Assembly (NCBI GenBank): GCA_036389095.1
Contig: DASVQM010000072.1
Span: forward strand, 25,718-89,717
Reading direction: 5' to 3'
DNA length: 64,000 nt
DNA from: Pyrinomonadaceae bacterium
Lineage (GTDB): Bacteria; Acidobacteriota; Blastocatellia; Pyrinomonadales; Pyrinomonadaceae
Shown here piece after piece: positions 16,590-26,234 of the stretch. How positions within the stretch are numbered: the first letter of the stretch is position 1; each line of letters opens with the position of its first letter. Both the position numbers and the translations under genes were made by a program. The notes below the pieces were generated by a model that worked only from the letters and a program-made list of their open reading frames with translations, ran no database searches and had not been told where the DNA came from.

Positions 16590-17237
16590 TTAACCATCCT
16601 TGAGTTCAGGTCCATCCAGATAGTTCAACCGGCGGTAGATCTTTCTTACAAGCTCGACGTCACGAATGCAGTAGTCGGCAATCTCTTGGTGACGGCCCGC
16701 GAGGAAAAGATCGTAAACGGTGCTGCCATCAATCCCATTTTTCTTTGAACTCTCCAGTCCTAAAACTTTAGCCACGTCGTCTAGCTTGATGCGATGTCTC
16801 CAGTGACAGAATTCCCACATCACGTCGAAAACGGGATGCGAACGGAACCGGGCGAAGCACACTTTGAAGCTCGGCTTAATTTGTTTGATCACACTGCGAG
16901 TGCAGATAAACGGGAGATCGAAATCCAATAGGTTGAAACCGATCAGGAGATCGCGACGAGGGTTAAATTCTTTGACTAGCTTCCAGAAGGACCGGAGTGT
17001 CCTAGCCTCGTCAAGATGAAACTCCTTTGTGTTCCGGCTGCGCCCGATTACGCCGCGAAGAGTGATTTCATCATCTTCCTCGACGATCAGGCCGATGCAT
17101 AAGAGCCTGCCGTATGCGCCGTTTAAGGATAATTTGCGGAACTCCTCTGCGTCGGATTGCGACGCACAGTTTTTTATTAGGGGATCGTCGTTATCCGGAG
17201 GGATAGTTTCGACATCGAGGTAGATTTTCTTAAACAT
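16590..17237 (-). CDS. predicted 3'-5' exonuclease related to the PolB exonuclease domain (DEDD/RNase H-like fold)
   Basis: Exo I YLDVET, Exo II FNLLDFDLPF, Exo III YCIRDVELV. Confidence 0.7.
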   Translation of the reverse strand: MFKKIYLDVETIPPDNDDPLIKNCASQSDAEEFRKLSLNGAYGRLLCIGLIVEEDDEITLRGVIGRSRNTKEFHLDEARTLRSFWKLVKEFNPRRDLLIGFNLLDFDLPFICTRSVIKQIKPSFKVCFARFRSHPVFDVMWEFCHWRHRIKLDDVAKVLGLESSKKNGIDGSTVYDLFLAGRHQEIADYCIRDVELVRKIYRRLNYLDGPELKDG

Positions 17238-17428
17238 CTGGACACCTCGACCATTGCTGAGTAGACTTGCTCGGTTTAGCTGCGGATTAACTTTGTTTTA
17301 TACATTGTATGTTGTCGCGTCTATGAAAAGAGGGCGCGCAGCTTAACCTATCTTAGGTTGAATTGCAACAGTTTTTTTAACCTATTTTGGCTTGAGTCGG
17401 AAAGAGGTCGGATTCTCCCGAAATCCTG

Positions 17429-17653
17429 ATGAAATCAGACTTGAGTGGCAAATACGAACAGTTTCAACGCTTGTTGATTCAAGCTAGAGAAGATGCCGGA
17501 TTGTCTCAGCAGGATGTGGCCGACCGTTTGGGCCGCCATCAGACCTACGTGTCTAAATGCGAACGTGGGGAGCGACGCATGGATCTGATTGAATTTCTTG
17601 AGATTGCACGGGCTGTTGGGTTCGACCCGCACAAATTCATAAAAAAGCTTTAG
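17429..17653 (+). CDS. XRE/Cro-CI family helix-turn-helix transcriptional regulator (74 aa)
   Basis: LSQQDVADRLGRHQTYVSKCERGERRMDLIEFLEIARAV. Confidence 0.8.
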   Translation: MKSDLSGKYEQFQRLLIQAREDAGLSQQDVADRLGRHQTYVSKCERGERRMDLIEFLEIARAVGFDPHKFIKKL

Positions 17654-17708
17654 GACATGGTGCTTCATTCATCGGTGGAGGTTCCCGCTGCCGAATTTGC
17701 TTAAATAG

Positions 17709-17747
17709 TAAGAGCGCCGTAGCGGGAGGTTACGGCGCTCTTATTTG
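17709..17747 (+). terminator. intrinsic terminator-like hairpin downstream of the 74-aa XRE gene
   Basis: TAAGAGCGCCGTA-gcgggaggt-TACGGCGCTCTTA followed by TTTG. Confidence 0.55.
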
Positions 17748-17936
17748 CACGGTCCTTTATCTCCGTAAGAAAGGGCCGTGCCCCGCCACGCCCCCCCACC
17801 TATAGCGCGTGGCGGCTCGCGGCACTGTCTGCTCCCCCGCGCAGATGTGCCTGCGAGAGGCAGGCTTCACAGGGTAGGCTTTCTCAATCAAGAGGCTCTA
17901 ATTTTTAAGAGTGGAACAACCATTGGTGCCTTCTAG

Positions 17937-18752
17937 CTACTGTATATAGACAAGTCGCCATCCGTTATCGTAACGCTGAAAATACGCGATAGCTTTTCTA
18001 ATAGCGGTATTTATTTCTGACGTGTCAGCCAAGGGCGTTCGTTGAAGCAAACCAATTGGCTGCTTAAGCCCTTGCTGGAGCTTCGGCGGGAGGCTCTTGT
18101 ATGCCGCGCTGGTCGGATCGAATGCCTCCCCAACAGAAGTAGGTATGGCGCGCCAAGTAAATTCCGCTTGTGCCCCCCCGTTTTGAGTTTTGATAATCCC
18201 GGTTACTTCAATCACTCGTTTCGTGAAGAGTGGGATGGTCCGCCCATCGCTTCCTGCTTCTTTTTTTCCCTTCTCGGTAAGATTGACTCGAATAAGGAAC
18301 TTCCACGGCGCTAGGCTGTCTTTGCCTAGTGGGGTGCGTGCAGTTGAGCCGTCGGGCCTCTCTACTTTGAATTCCGGCGCTTTAATGGTTTTTGGCTTTT
18401 GGATGACCTGAGCCGTGATTTCAATCAGGCCCATGTGTTGAAGGATCGCCAACGCAGGGTGGTTACCAAGAAATGCCTCTACAGCGCGTGGCTGCGCTAC
18501 GGACTCATCCTCGTCATCTGATTGAGCGGGGACGGAGACATTCTCGTATTCATCCTTCAATGCTACTGCTGCCGGTTCCTTAAACTCTTTAGCTTGGCTA
18601 ATTAAATTTGAAGCGCGTGAGCGTGTCAGGTCTTGTGATTGAGCACAATTCGATGTTAGCAGAATGAGAGCAAAAGTAGCTAAAACAACACTGGTTGGTT
18701 GATGAGGCTGACAGCTTTTGATTACGGTCATAAATGGTAAGGACATAATCAA
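17937..18752 (-). CDS. secreted or lipoprotein-like hypothetical protein (271 aa)
   Basis: N-terminal hydrophobic signal (VVLATFALILLTSNCAQS). No recognisable catalytic motif. Confidence 0.55.
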   Translation of the reverse strand: MIMSLPFMTVIKSCQPHQPTSVVLATFALILLTSNCAQSQDLTRSRASNLISQAKEFKEPAAVALKDEYENVSVPAQSDDEDESVAQPRAVEAFLGNHPALAILQHMGLIEITAQVIQKPKTIKAPEFKVERPDGSTARTPLGKDSLAPWKFLIRVNLTEKGKKEAGSDGRTIPLFTKRVIEVTGIIKTQNGGAQAEFTWRAIPTSVGEAFDPTSAAYKSLPPKLQQGLKQPIGLLQRTPLADTSEINTAIRKAIAYFQRYDNGWRLVYIQ

Positions 18753-18990
18753 TCTCCTAGCGGCATGTGATTTGGTGCGATAAGTAATACTGACTTTAAG
18801 TTAATCGTCTATTGTTGGCTCATTTTTGTAGCGGCATCCACCACACTTTGGTATAAAGTGTTGCAATCCTCTTTGAAGAGAACGTGCAGCACCTTATGCG
18901 CTTGGCGGCTCGACTAAATCGCCCCGGATGATGTGCGTCGCTGTGAAGCCTTTAATCGAGCTTCCGGCGATTCAACACTTTCTCAACGGG

Positions 18991-19040
18991 CTAAATACAA
19001 CTGTATTTAGCAGCCATATATTAAATACAGTTGTATTTAG
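18991..19040. promoter_or_regulatory. two 20-bp palindromic operator-like sites spaced 30 bp apart, upstream of the 111-aa XRE gene
   Basis: CTAAATACAACTGTATTTAG (18991-19010) and TTAAATACAGTTGTATTTAG (19021-19040). Confidence 0.6.
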
Positions 19041-19091
19041 ATGCAAGGGCGGCTGGAAGATTTTTAATCCATCAGGAGGAAAGCTTTCCTG

Positions 19092-19427
19092 ATGAGACGA
19101 ACTTCCAGACAGCGTCCGGCTCGACTTGCCGAGAAACTTTTGTATATCCGCGCCACGCTAGGTCTTTCACAGAATGAGATGATCCGACGGTTGGGATTTG
19201 AAAATGAACTCACACAAGGCCATATTTCAGCTTATGAAAGGCAGAAGGAGAATCGCATACCACCGCCCGGCATTTTGCTAGCCTACGCGCGCGCGATCTC
19301 GACCACAGGTGGAGGCGAGTTTCTGGAAGCTTTGATTGATGATGAAATGGAATTACCTAATTTGTTTCCAGCTAGTCCTAGTAAAGTTATTAAGACTAAA
19401 CATCCTGCTGGAACTAAAAAATGTTAA
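19092..19427 (+). CDS. XRE-family helix-turn-helix regulator (111 aa)
   Basis: LGLSQNEMIRRLGFENELTQGHISAYERQKENRIPPPGILLAYARAI. Confidence 0.75.
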   Translation: MRRTSRQRPARLAEKLLYIRATLGLSQNEMIRRLGFENELTQGHISAYERQKENRIPPPGILLAYARAISTTGGGEFLEALIDDEMELPNLFPASPSKVIKTKHPAGTKKC

Positions 19428-19837
19428 TTACGCGATGATCGCTTTATTAAATATTGCTTGAAGTTTGTCAGAGCTTACAGCGGTATTCATTCGGATGCGA
19501 CCCGAAGCGATTAACCATCTTCTGCCTTCGCCAGCAGCGGATTTGGAACGGGAAACTAGCCGGAGGTCGCATGCGAGTTAATCCCGCTATAAAGCTTGTT
19601 TTGTTAGCTGAATACTAGCAATGTTTGCATGGGAGGCATAATACTTACTTTTGAGATATGTGGCTCTTTGAATAAAGGCTTCTGGTAAGACTCAATCTCT
19701 CTCGCGAGAGTAGACATCTAACGCTTGAATTAACCCGCGCCGAGTATAAAGCATTCAAGCCAAAAGGAAGACAACGATGAAAGGAATGCTGTTGAGCGGT
19801 CGGGTTGAATGAGTTGTTATGCTTCGCGTTCGAGGAA

Positions 19838-20467
19838 TCATATCCACCCTCGTGTGTATTTCGCGTAATTATATTCATCAATAAGCTTGAGAAGTGTCTT
19901 ACCCATTGCTTTAGGATTTAGACTAGATTGTAGCCTTTCTGCCATGTCTTTCGACTTCCTGAAGAATACAAGATACTTCTCCGCAGGATTAGAAGAATAC
20001 GCACATCCATAAGCCTGCGCAATTTTATAGTCCCACAGAGGAAAGAAATCTGGAGCGAGCAGATGTAATGCTTTCGCCACTGCTACCGGACTCTTTTGAC
20101 CTTTCTTCTTTCCATCATTGATTCGGAGGGCATTGAGAAAATGCTGAAACAGATGCTCAATTGCTTTGTCATCGGCAGAGGTGTAATTCGAGATGCTTGA
20201 GTTGCGGTACTTGTCGAGTAAAGGAAGGTTCTTCGATATACAATCTTCAAGCTTATCGAAATCAAAGATGCCATACCTGTAGAACGCATGATTCCAAGTT
20301 AGCAATAACACGCCCAAACTATCTGCGATTTCAGCAGACTTTCCCCAGAAATGGTCAACGAGGAAAGTTGCTGTTCTATACATGGAATCTCGCTTCTCAC
20401 GCTTTTGAAAAGCAAGATACCCTTTCTTGAAGTCCACAGAAATTGGAGTGCTCATCGTTTTATTCAT
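19838..20467 (-). CDS. hypothetical protein downstream of res (about 210 aa)
   Basis: Coding-looking ORF. ATG 20467 (MNKTMSTP...) is preferred over the longer track start at 20614, which adds a Cys/Arg-rich leader. No motif recognised. Confidence 0.45.
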   Translation of the reverse strand: MNKTMSTPISVDFKKGYLAFQKREKRDSMYRTATFLVDHFWGKSAEIADSLGVLLLTWNHAFYRYGIFDFDKLEDCISKNLPLLDKYRNSSISNYTSADDKAIEHLFQHFLNALRINDGKKKGQKSPVAVAKALHLLAPDFFPLWDYKIAQAYGCAYSSNPAEKYLVFFRKSKDMAERLQSSLNPKAMGKTLLKLIDEYNYAKYTRGWI

Positions 20468-20661
20468 CCACCATGAAAATCCCGAAGAAGCATAACGCCG
20501 GGGATGAGCCGCCCCGCGCGAGCAGCATCCAACATAACCGGAGAAGAGAGCATATTCACTGCCTTCAACTAATGAGGGGATTCGACGAACGATGTCCGCT
20601 AAACGGGGCCGCACTGTATAGCATTAATACTATCAAGGAAATGCTCCTCTAAAATCCGATC

Positions 20662-23199
20662 TTAACCATTCTCTGCTAGCAGTATGTCTAATTCCGACTG
20701 GTAACTTTCTATTCGCCCTTCACGCAAATACTGAAAGTATGTGATGAAATTAGACGGCGTTAAAAAATTGAATTTATACCTTAATGAACTGCCTGCTTCT
20801 TCCAAATGTTTATTGACACGCTGGAAGTGAGCGAGCGCGTACTCATTCTTCTTTCTGTTTTCCTCAGAAGGCTCTGTAAGCTCTTCGTTGCCTTTTACTT
20901 CCAAGACAAGGATTAAGTTATCAGCTTTAATGAAGAAATCAGGACTAAACATTCCACGCTTTGGGTGTTCACCTTTCTTCCAAGAGTATGCGATTTCATA
21001 AAATCGTGAGGCGGTTGATTTGATCCAAGCAGAAAAATGCGGCATATTCGCCGGCTCAAGTAGCATTTTGATGAAACGCCTTTCAGGATCTGAGTCCGCA
21101 ATCACTCCACTCAGAGGCGTCTTAAAGTCATACTGGTTAAGAACGCGCATGCGCTTAAACCCGCTGTCTTCTTCAGCGATCTCGTCAAAGAATTCTATTT
21201 GTTCGTCTTTCAAGTAATTACGGGTCTGTTCGGTATAGAAGAAGTACTTATCGCGCCGTAGATCAGCTGCACTAACGCTACCAGACTGCCGCTGGAGCGT
21301 CGGCACCTCAACAAAACGGTTTTCAATGGGCGTATAACGGACATTCTCAGAAGTCCTGCGCCTCAAAGTACCGAGCGACTGAAGGAATTTCTGTTTAACT
21401 TTATCTGTCGCTGCCGACATCTTTCGCCGGCTTAGTGATTCTTTAACGATTTGTTCCAAGCGTTCGACCGGAAACTGCTTGGTATAGGATGCGCTAAACG
21501 CGCCTTCCGAATCGGCTAGATCTTCTTCGGCCTCTTCCAGACGACGGTACATCTCAGCGGCGATCTCGCGCGGACTGTAGGTTCTGTGCTGTACTCTAGT
21601 TTGCCAACTGTAGCGATCACCAGTTAGAGCGCGCTCAAACTCGACATTGACATCTTCGGCATCGACGTCGGCGGCCAGTTCTATATAACCTTTAGAAAAG
21701 AACTTGTATTCGCCTTCCATAGGTTTTTTCACCGAAGTCGGCTCAAGAGTGTAATCTATGTTGTGTAAAACGAAGTGGTATGGCGAGTCTTCGATGACGC
21801 GCACTGAGAGTCTTTTTTCGATTTCGAGGATGTCGTTAACCAAATGCCTGATCCGAGGTGCCCATGCGTCATGGTTGAAAACTACCACTTCAGGTTGAGG
21901 GCCGTTCCAACTATCAGGCACGCGCAAGCCTCGTCCCAACACTTGAGCAATTAACAGCTTGCTATTGAAGGCGCGTTCCTCATGCGGCACAATCTGAAAG
22001 ACGCGTTTTACATCCCAACCCTCGTTAAGCATTGATACGGAGACGATCCACTCCACGTTGTTATTAGCACTATCTAGGAGCGGTAGTTTGTTAACATCTG
22101 GAGCATTGTTATAAACCGTCAGCACGCGCTCGTCGGCTGTCTCAGGATCGATCATTTCTTTCTCAATCAAGAAAGCTTTCAATTCCTCAGCAACGTCTTT
22201 GCAGCGAGTGATTTTCTGCGTGATGATGAGTGTTAATGGAGTAATGTTGCGCTGTCTCAGCTTGCGCTTGAACTCCTCGTGACGGTTATGAATCAACTGC
22301 CATTTTTCTTCCGTCGGGTCGCCGCCTGTTTGCGGCATCTCGGCTATGTAATCCACCCTTTTGACATACCGCTCTTCCATCGCCTGCCGAAGGGAATAAC
22401 GGTAGATCACATCGGCGAAGTATTCGTCCTCCACATAACAAGTTCCGGAGACGCCTAGAACGTAATAGAAGCCGTAGTTGGGATCTACTAAGAATTCTTT
22501 CCACTTCTTGACTTGAGTGGCGGGGCCATTGGAAACGTGGTGAGCTTCGTCATTAAGTATGACGGTTCGAGCGCCCCTGCCCAAAAGGCTGTCCCGAATA
22601 GAGGAGCCGACATGCTCTAAGACCGCATGATAGTTTTCAACGCAAATGCTGCCCTCCGTGATAAACGAGTTAGCATTGATGATGCGCGGTGATGAGAGCT
22701 TTGTATCGGCTGGCAACAGGTCACGTAGGCCGGCGTCTCCCGCTAACCTTTCGAACTTATCCATTAGGCCGTACTCGATAGTCGTGGAGGGGACTAACAC
22801 GAGCACACGGTCGACTACACCTTCGGCTAAAAGGATCGCAGCGATGCCGTAAAGAACATAGCTTTTGCCAGTGCCGGTAGCGAGATCGAGTGAAGCGGAG
22901 AGTTGATTAGGCAACTGTAGGTGGCGCTGCATCCCATCCCACGAACCATAACGATGCTCAAGGACCGAGTTCTGTTCGTAATTAGCCTTAGCAAGGTCTC
23001 TAAGATTTTTATATTCGCCGCCGAGTAAATATCGGAGGGCCGTGCGGATGGCATCTTTCTGATACTCACGGTCGCCGCAAAGCTCATCTATGAAGGCTTC
23101 ATAGCGGCTCTCATCCCAACGGGTTCTATCTACTGCGGTTCCAACTTTAAGAGTTAGATCTTCGTTGCGGAAGCGTTGACGGTCAGGGCTGCTTGGCAT
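20662..23199 (-). CDS. res: type III restriction-modification system restriction subunit (Res; SF2 helicase plus PD-(D/E)xK nuclease)
   Basis: Helicase motif I LATGTGKSYV and motif II LNDEAHHV. The C-terminal nuclease motif is SPDFFIK...LVLEVKG. It starts 8 nt after the mod stop. Confidence 0.85.
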   Translation of the reverse strand: MPSSPDRQRFRNEDLTLKVGTAVDRTRWDESRYEAFIDELCGDREYQKDAIRTALRYLLGGEYKNLRDLAKANYEQNSVLEHRYGSWDGMQRHLQLPNQLSASLDLATGTGKSYVLYGIAAILLAEGVVDRVLVLVPSTTIEYGLMDKFERLAGDAGLRDLLPADTKLSSPRIINANSFITEGSICVENYHAVLEHVGSSIRDSLLGRGARTVILNDEAHHVSNGPATQVKKWKEFLVDPNYGFYYVLGVSGTCYVEDEYFADVIYRYSLRQAMEERYVKRVDYIAEMPQTGGDPTEEKWQLIHNRHEEFKRKLRQRNITPLTLIITQKITRCKDVAEELKAFLIEKEMIDPETADERVLTVYNNAPDVNKLPLLDSANNNVEWIVSVSMLNEGWDVKRVFQIVPHEERAFNSKLLIAQVLGRGLRVPDSWNGPQPEVVVFNHDAWAPRIRHLVNDILEIEKRLSVRVIEDSPYHFVLHNIDYTLEPTSVKKPMEGEYKFFSKGYIELAADVDAEDVNVEFERALTGDRYSWQTRVQHRTYSPREIAAEMYRRLEEAEEDLADSEGAFSASYTKQFPVERLEQIVKESLSRRKMSAATDKVKQKFLQSLGTLRRRTSENVRYTPIENRFVEVPTLQRQSGSVSAADLRRDKYFFYTEQTRNYLKDEQIEFFDEIAEEDSGFKRMRVLNQYDFKTPLSGVIADSDPERRFIKMLLEPANMPHFSAWIKSTASRFYEIAYSWKKGEHPKRGMFSPDFFIKADNLILVLEVKGNEELTEPSEENRKKNEYALAHFQRVNKHLEEAGSSLRYKFNFLTPSNFITYFQYLREGRIESYQSELDILLAENG

Positions 23200-23206
23200 G
23201 AACCTT

Positions 23207-25279
23207 TTATACTACCTCAACTTCTTCAATAACTTGCTTATCACTCACAAGACTAAACTTTTCGCGAGGAATAACTTCCCGCGCTTCGTTGCCGTGAATG
23301 TCTATAAAGACAGCCATCAGTTTTTCACCTATAGCCTCAGCGGGGAAATGCGCTTCCCAATTCTGATCTTCAAGCTGGCTGGCAAAGTAAACGGCGTCAT
23401 GATTGAAAACATCTCCCTCGTAACTGTAGTCAAGCATGAGCATTGAAAGTGTTTCCAACCCCCCGTAAGTATCCTCACCTTTCAGACGAGCATAACTCTG
23501 AAACTTTTTGACTTTAATGAAAGCTCCTTCGAACAATTGGCCCTTCCTCGACCTCGTCCCGATGGACCACTCCACTTTAGGTGGTCTAATGAAATCAAAC
23601 CCATGGGAATCTACGATCTGGTTGATGCTACGCTCGTCGTTAGGCTGCTGAAGCGCAGTGAATTTGCGGCTGTGCAGTTCATTAATGAATGAGTAGGGGA
23701 TGCGCAGAGCGTAGTAGCGCACGCCATCGAGGTCAATGTAGTCCTGCTGGAAATCGAAAACGCCACGCGGGGCGATGATGTAAAACTTACGCCCGATCTT
23801 ATCGCCCACAGCGGCGTGGATGCTTTGCACGGTCTCCTCATCGACGCGCCTATTCGGATTTTCCAGATGGTTGAATACCAGTACGCTTGCCCCTTTGAGT
23901 TTCCCATCAAGCTTCAACCCGCCGACGATGTGTTGTTCCTCCCTACAGCCGAACAGTTGCAGCGCAAAGAAGCGCCACTCCGACCACTGGAGATGCTTGA
24001 GCGTTGAGAAGTCATACAGGCCGGCGTTATAGAGAATAAATGGCTTGTGCGCAATAGGCGTCCCCTTATTGCCGATCTCCTTGCGGAGCGTAAGCATGCG
24101 CTTCTGCATGGTATAAATTGCCAACTTCCCGGAGTCGATGCCGATCCAGCGGCGACCGAGCTTTTCAGCTACAGCGAGGGCGGTTCCGGAACCGGCGAAG
24201 GCGTCAAGCACAATATCCCCTTCATTAGAGGAAGTTCGGACGACTCGCTCTAGGAGTTCTTCCGCGTTCTCCGTCGGGTATCTTGCGCTGAGGACATACC
24301 CACGCAGGTCAGTCCAATCACTATCTACTACGGAGTCCTCTGTCTGAAGGAACTCCGGTAGACCCTTAACTCGATTTCCATGTATATCCGTATAGCTGGT
24401 TTTTTCATTTATGCGTATTCGACCCTGACGCTCCATAATGTCAATGTTGCTCTGCGTATATTTCCAATGCTGAGTTCGAGGCGGGTAGAGTAGCCGACCG
24501 AGAATAACGCGCTCAGGAGGGTTTCGCAGACCGGACGATACCATGTGATGCCATTCGGGATCCTTCTCCTGACCACAGAATGAGCAGAGCCGAGACCTCT
24601 TTTGTTCATTAAATAGCGGCTTGCCTGAGCGACTATAGAAGAACAGACAGTCTGTCGAGACGTTGAATTTATTAAGACCGCTCAGTTGTCTCTTGAAACG
24701 ATTGATGACGATTTCATTTTGAAAGTTTTCGAGGCCGAACACTTCATCCATGATGACCTTGATGTAGTGCCCAAAGTGATAATCAAGACGGACGTAAATA
24801 CTCCCGTTGCTAGCCAGTAGTTCGCGCATCAGGACGAGCCGTTTGCGCAAGAATTCCATGAAGCGGGCACCTTGTATCTTGGCAGTGTAGGCGAACTCAC
24901 CATCGCGCGGACCATACTGATCACCTGTGCCGAATGGAGGATCAATATAGATTAGCCGGACGCCGGGCGTGCCATCAGAGTTACACAACGTCCCCTCAGC
25001 CTTTAGTTCTATCAGTTTTTTAATAACCTGTAAGTTGTCACCAAAAATTAGTTTGTTGTGCCAGCCATCGCCATTATTACCAAATGTGCGAACCGGCTGA
25101 AGAGGAACGGCCATAGTGTTAGCCAAAATATCCTCTTTCCACTGCTTACCATGGTAAAGCAGTTCGTACTCCTGCCGCTCAGGCGGAAAAAGCAGTTGCT
25201 GGTAATCTGGAGGCAGATCTTCACCCGTTTGGAGCAATTTAATTATGTGTAACCGCTGCTGATCAGTTAATTGTGCCAT
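23207..25279 (-). CDS. mod: type III R-M DNA methyltransferase (Mod; beta-class N6A/N4C MTase)
   Basis: Motif IV IYIDPPFGTG precedes motif I VLDAFAGSGTALAVAEKLGRRWIGID. ATG 25279 (MAQLTDQQ) is preferred over the track start at 25318. Confidence 0.85.
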   Translation of the reverse strand: MAQLTDQQRLHIIKLLQTGEDLPPDYQQLLFPPERQEYELLYHGKQWKEDILANTMAVPLQPVRTFGNNGDGWHNKLIFGDNLQVIKKLIELKAEGTLCNSDGTPGVRLIYIDPPFGTGDQYGPRDGEFAYTAKIQGARFMEFLRKRLVLMRELLASNGSIYVRLDYHFGHYIKVIMDEVFGLENFQNEIVINRFKRQLSGLNKFNVSTDCLFFYSRSGKPLFNEQKRSRLCSFCGQEKDPEWHHMVSSGLRNPPERVILGRLLYPPRTQHWKYTQSNIDIMERQGRIRINEKTSYTDIHGNRVKGLPEFLQTEDSVVDSDWTDLRGYVLSARYPTENAEELLERVVRTSSNEGDIVLDAFAGSGTALAVAEKLGRRWIGIDSGKLAIYTMQKRMLTLRKEIGNKGTPIAHKPFILYNAGLYDFSTLKHLQWSEWRFFALQLFGCREEQHIVGGLKLDGKLKGASVLVFNHLENPNRRVDEETVQSIHAAVGDKIGRKFYIIAPRGVFDFQQDYIDLDGVRYYALRIPYSFINELHSRKFTALQQPNDERSINQIVDSHGFDFIRPPKVEWSIGTRSRKGQLFEGAFIKVKKFQSYARLKGEDTYGGLETLSMLMLDYSYEGDVFNHDAVYFASQLEDQNWEAHFPAEAIGEKLMAVFIDIHGNEAREVIPREKFSLVSDKQVIEEVEVV

Positions 25280-25290
25280 GATTAATTCAG

Positions 25291-26034
25291 TTATAAGGAT
25301 GCTGCCCAATCCTGCCATGGCAGGAACTGATAGTTTGTCGGGAAAGTTCCTTGATGCATTTGTCTTGCGGTCTTCAGGTCTAAGGGAATAGCGAATACAT
25401 TCGCATCGGTCAGGATTCGTGGACTGTCCCTGCTTTCCACATTCATGAACACAAGCTGTAAATCGAACCCTTCTAATTCGGCGACCTGAGCCAGCAAACT
25501 AAATTGGTGCGCCCCTCTTGCAGCCGCGCGTTTTTCGATGAACTTACGCACGAGAGTTCTGGCGGTCGCCTCAGTTTTCATCGGGATAAAGAAGGTAGAA
25601 GTCTCAAGACCCTTATATTGGTTTTCACTGACTTTCCACGCATAGTCTATGTCGGTAGTATTGAATCTCTGATTAGTCTTGCTTGTAATATAATCGTAAG
25701 TAGAAAAGAATTTAGGGTCTATAACCATGGCTCCCGGAGGGTCAGGCCATGCCTCGTTTTTTAGCGATTCTACCTCCCGCTCTTCACTAAGGTAATTGAT
25801 GAAATATTCTGGAAGCTGACCCTGCTGAAAGAAAGGTTTGTTTATAGTTTGATTTGTGCTGTCCTTACTATTGACTTCGAAAGAGAGCCAAAGTGGCTTC
25901 ATAGGATTAGTCCGATACCAGATCACCGGCCAGCAAACATTTGAGCTTCCATACCGGTCAGTAAGTAGTTGAATAAGTTCCGCACATTTAACCGTAGTCA
26001 TCGCCGGATAGGTGGGTCCCGGTTGCCGTGACAT
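25291..26034 (-). CDS. hypothetical protein (247 aa), first gene of the mod-res transcription unit
   Basis: Its stop lies 11 nt upstream of the preferred mod start. No recognisable motif. Confidence 0.5.
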   Translation of the reverse strand: MSRQPGPTYPAMTTVKCAELIQLLTDRYGSSNVCWPVIWYRTNPMKPLWLSFEVNSKDSTNQTINKPFFQQGQLPEYFINYLSEEREVESLKNEAWPDPPGAMVIDPKFFSTYDYITSKTNQRFNTTDIDYAWKVSENQYKGLETSTFFIPMKTEATARTLVRKFIEKRAAARGAHQFSLLAQVAELEGFDLQLVFMNVESRDSPRILTDANVFAIPLDLKTARQMHQGTFPTNYQFLPWQDWAASL

Positions 26035-26146
26035 GAGTTATCAATCCTTTCTTTGACTAACCAAACGCCCCCGTTCATCATCTTCCGCTCTGATGGCGAA
26101 CGATCAGCAGCAAAAGCAATGTCATATTTAACTTGCTCTTGATAAC

Positions 26147-26234
26147 AAAATGAAACGCACTTGTCAAAGAAATGAAACACACCGGGCGAAAGAAATGAAA
26201 CGCACTTGCTGAAAGAAATGGAACATACTTGGCT
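26147..26234. repeat. four contiguous 22-23-bp direct repeats (consensus AAAGAAATGRAACRCACTTG), with a fifth copy at 26349-26365
   Basis: The ATGAAAC/ATGGAAC cores start at 26150, 26172, 26195, 26218 and 26352, all in the same orientation. Confidence 0.85.
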
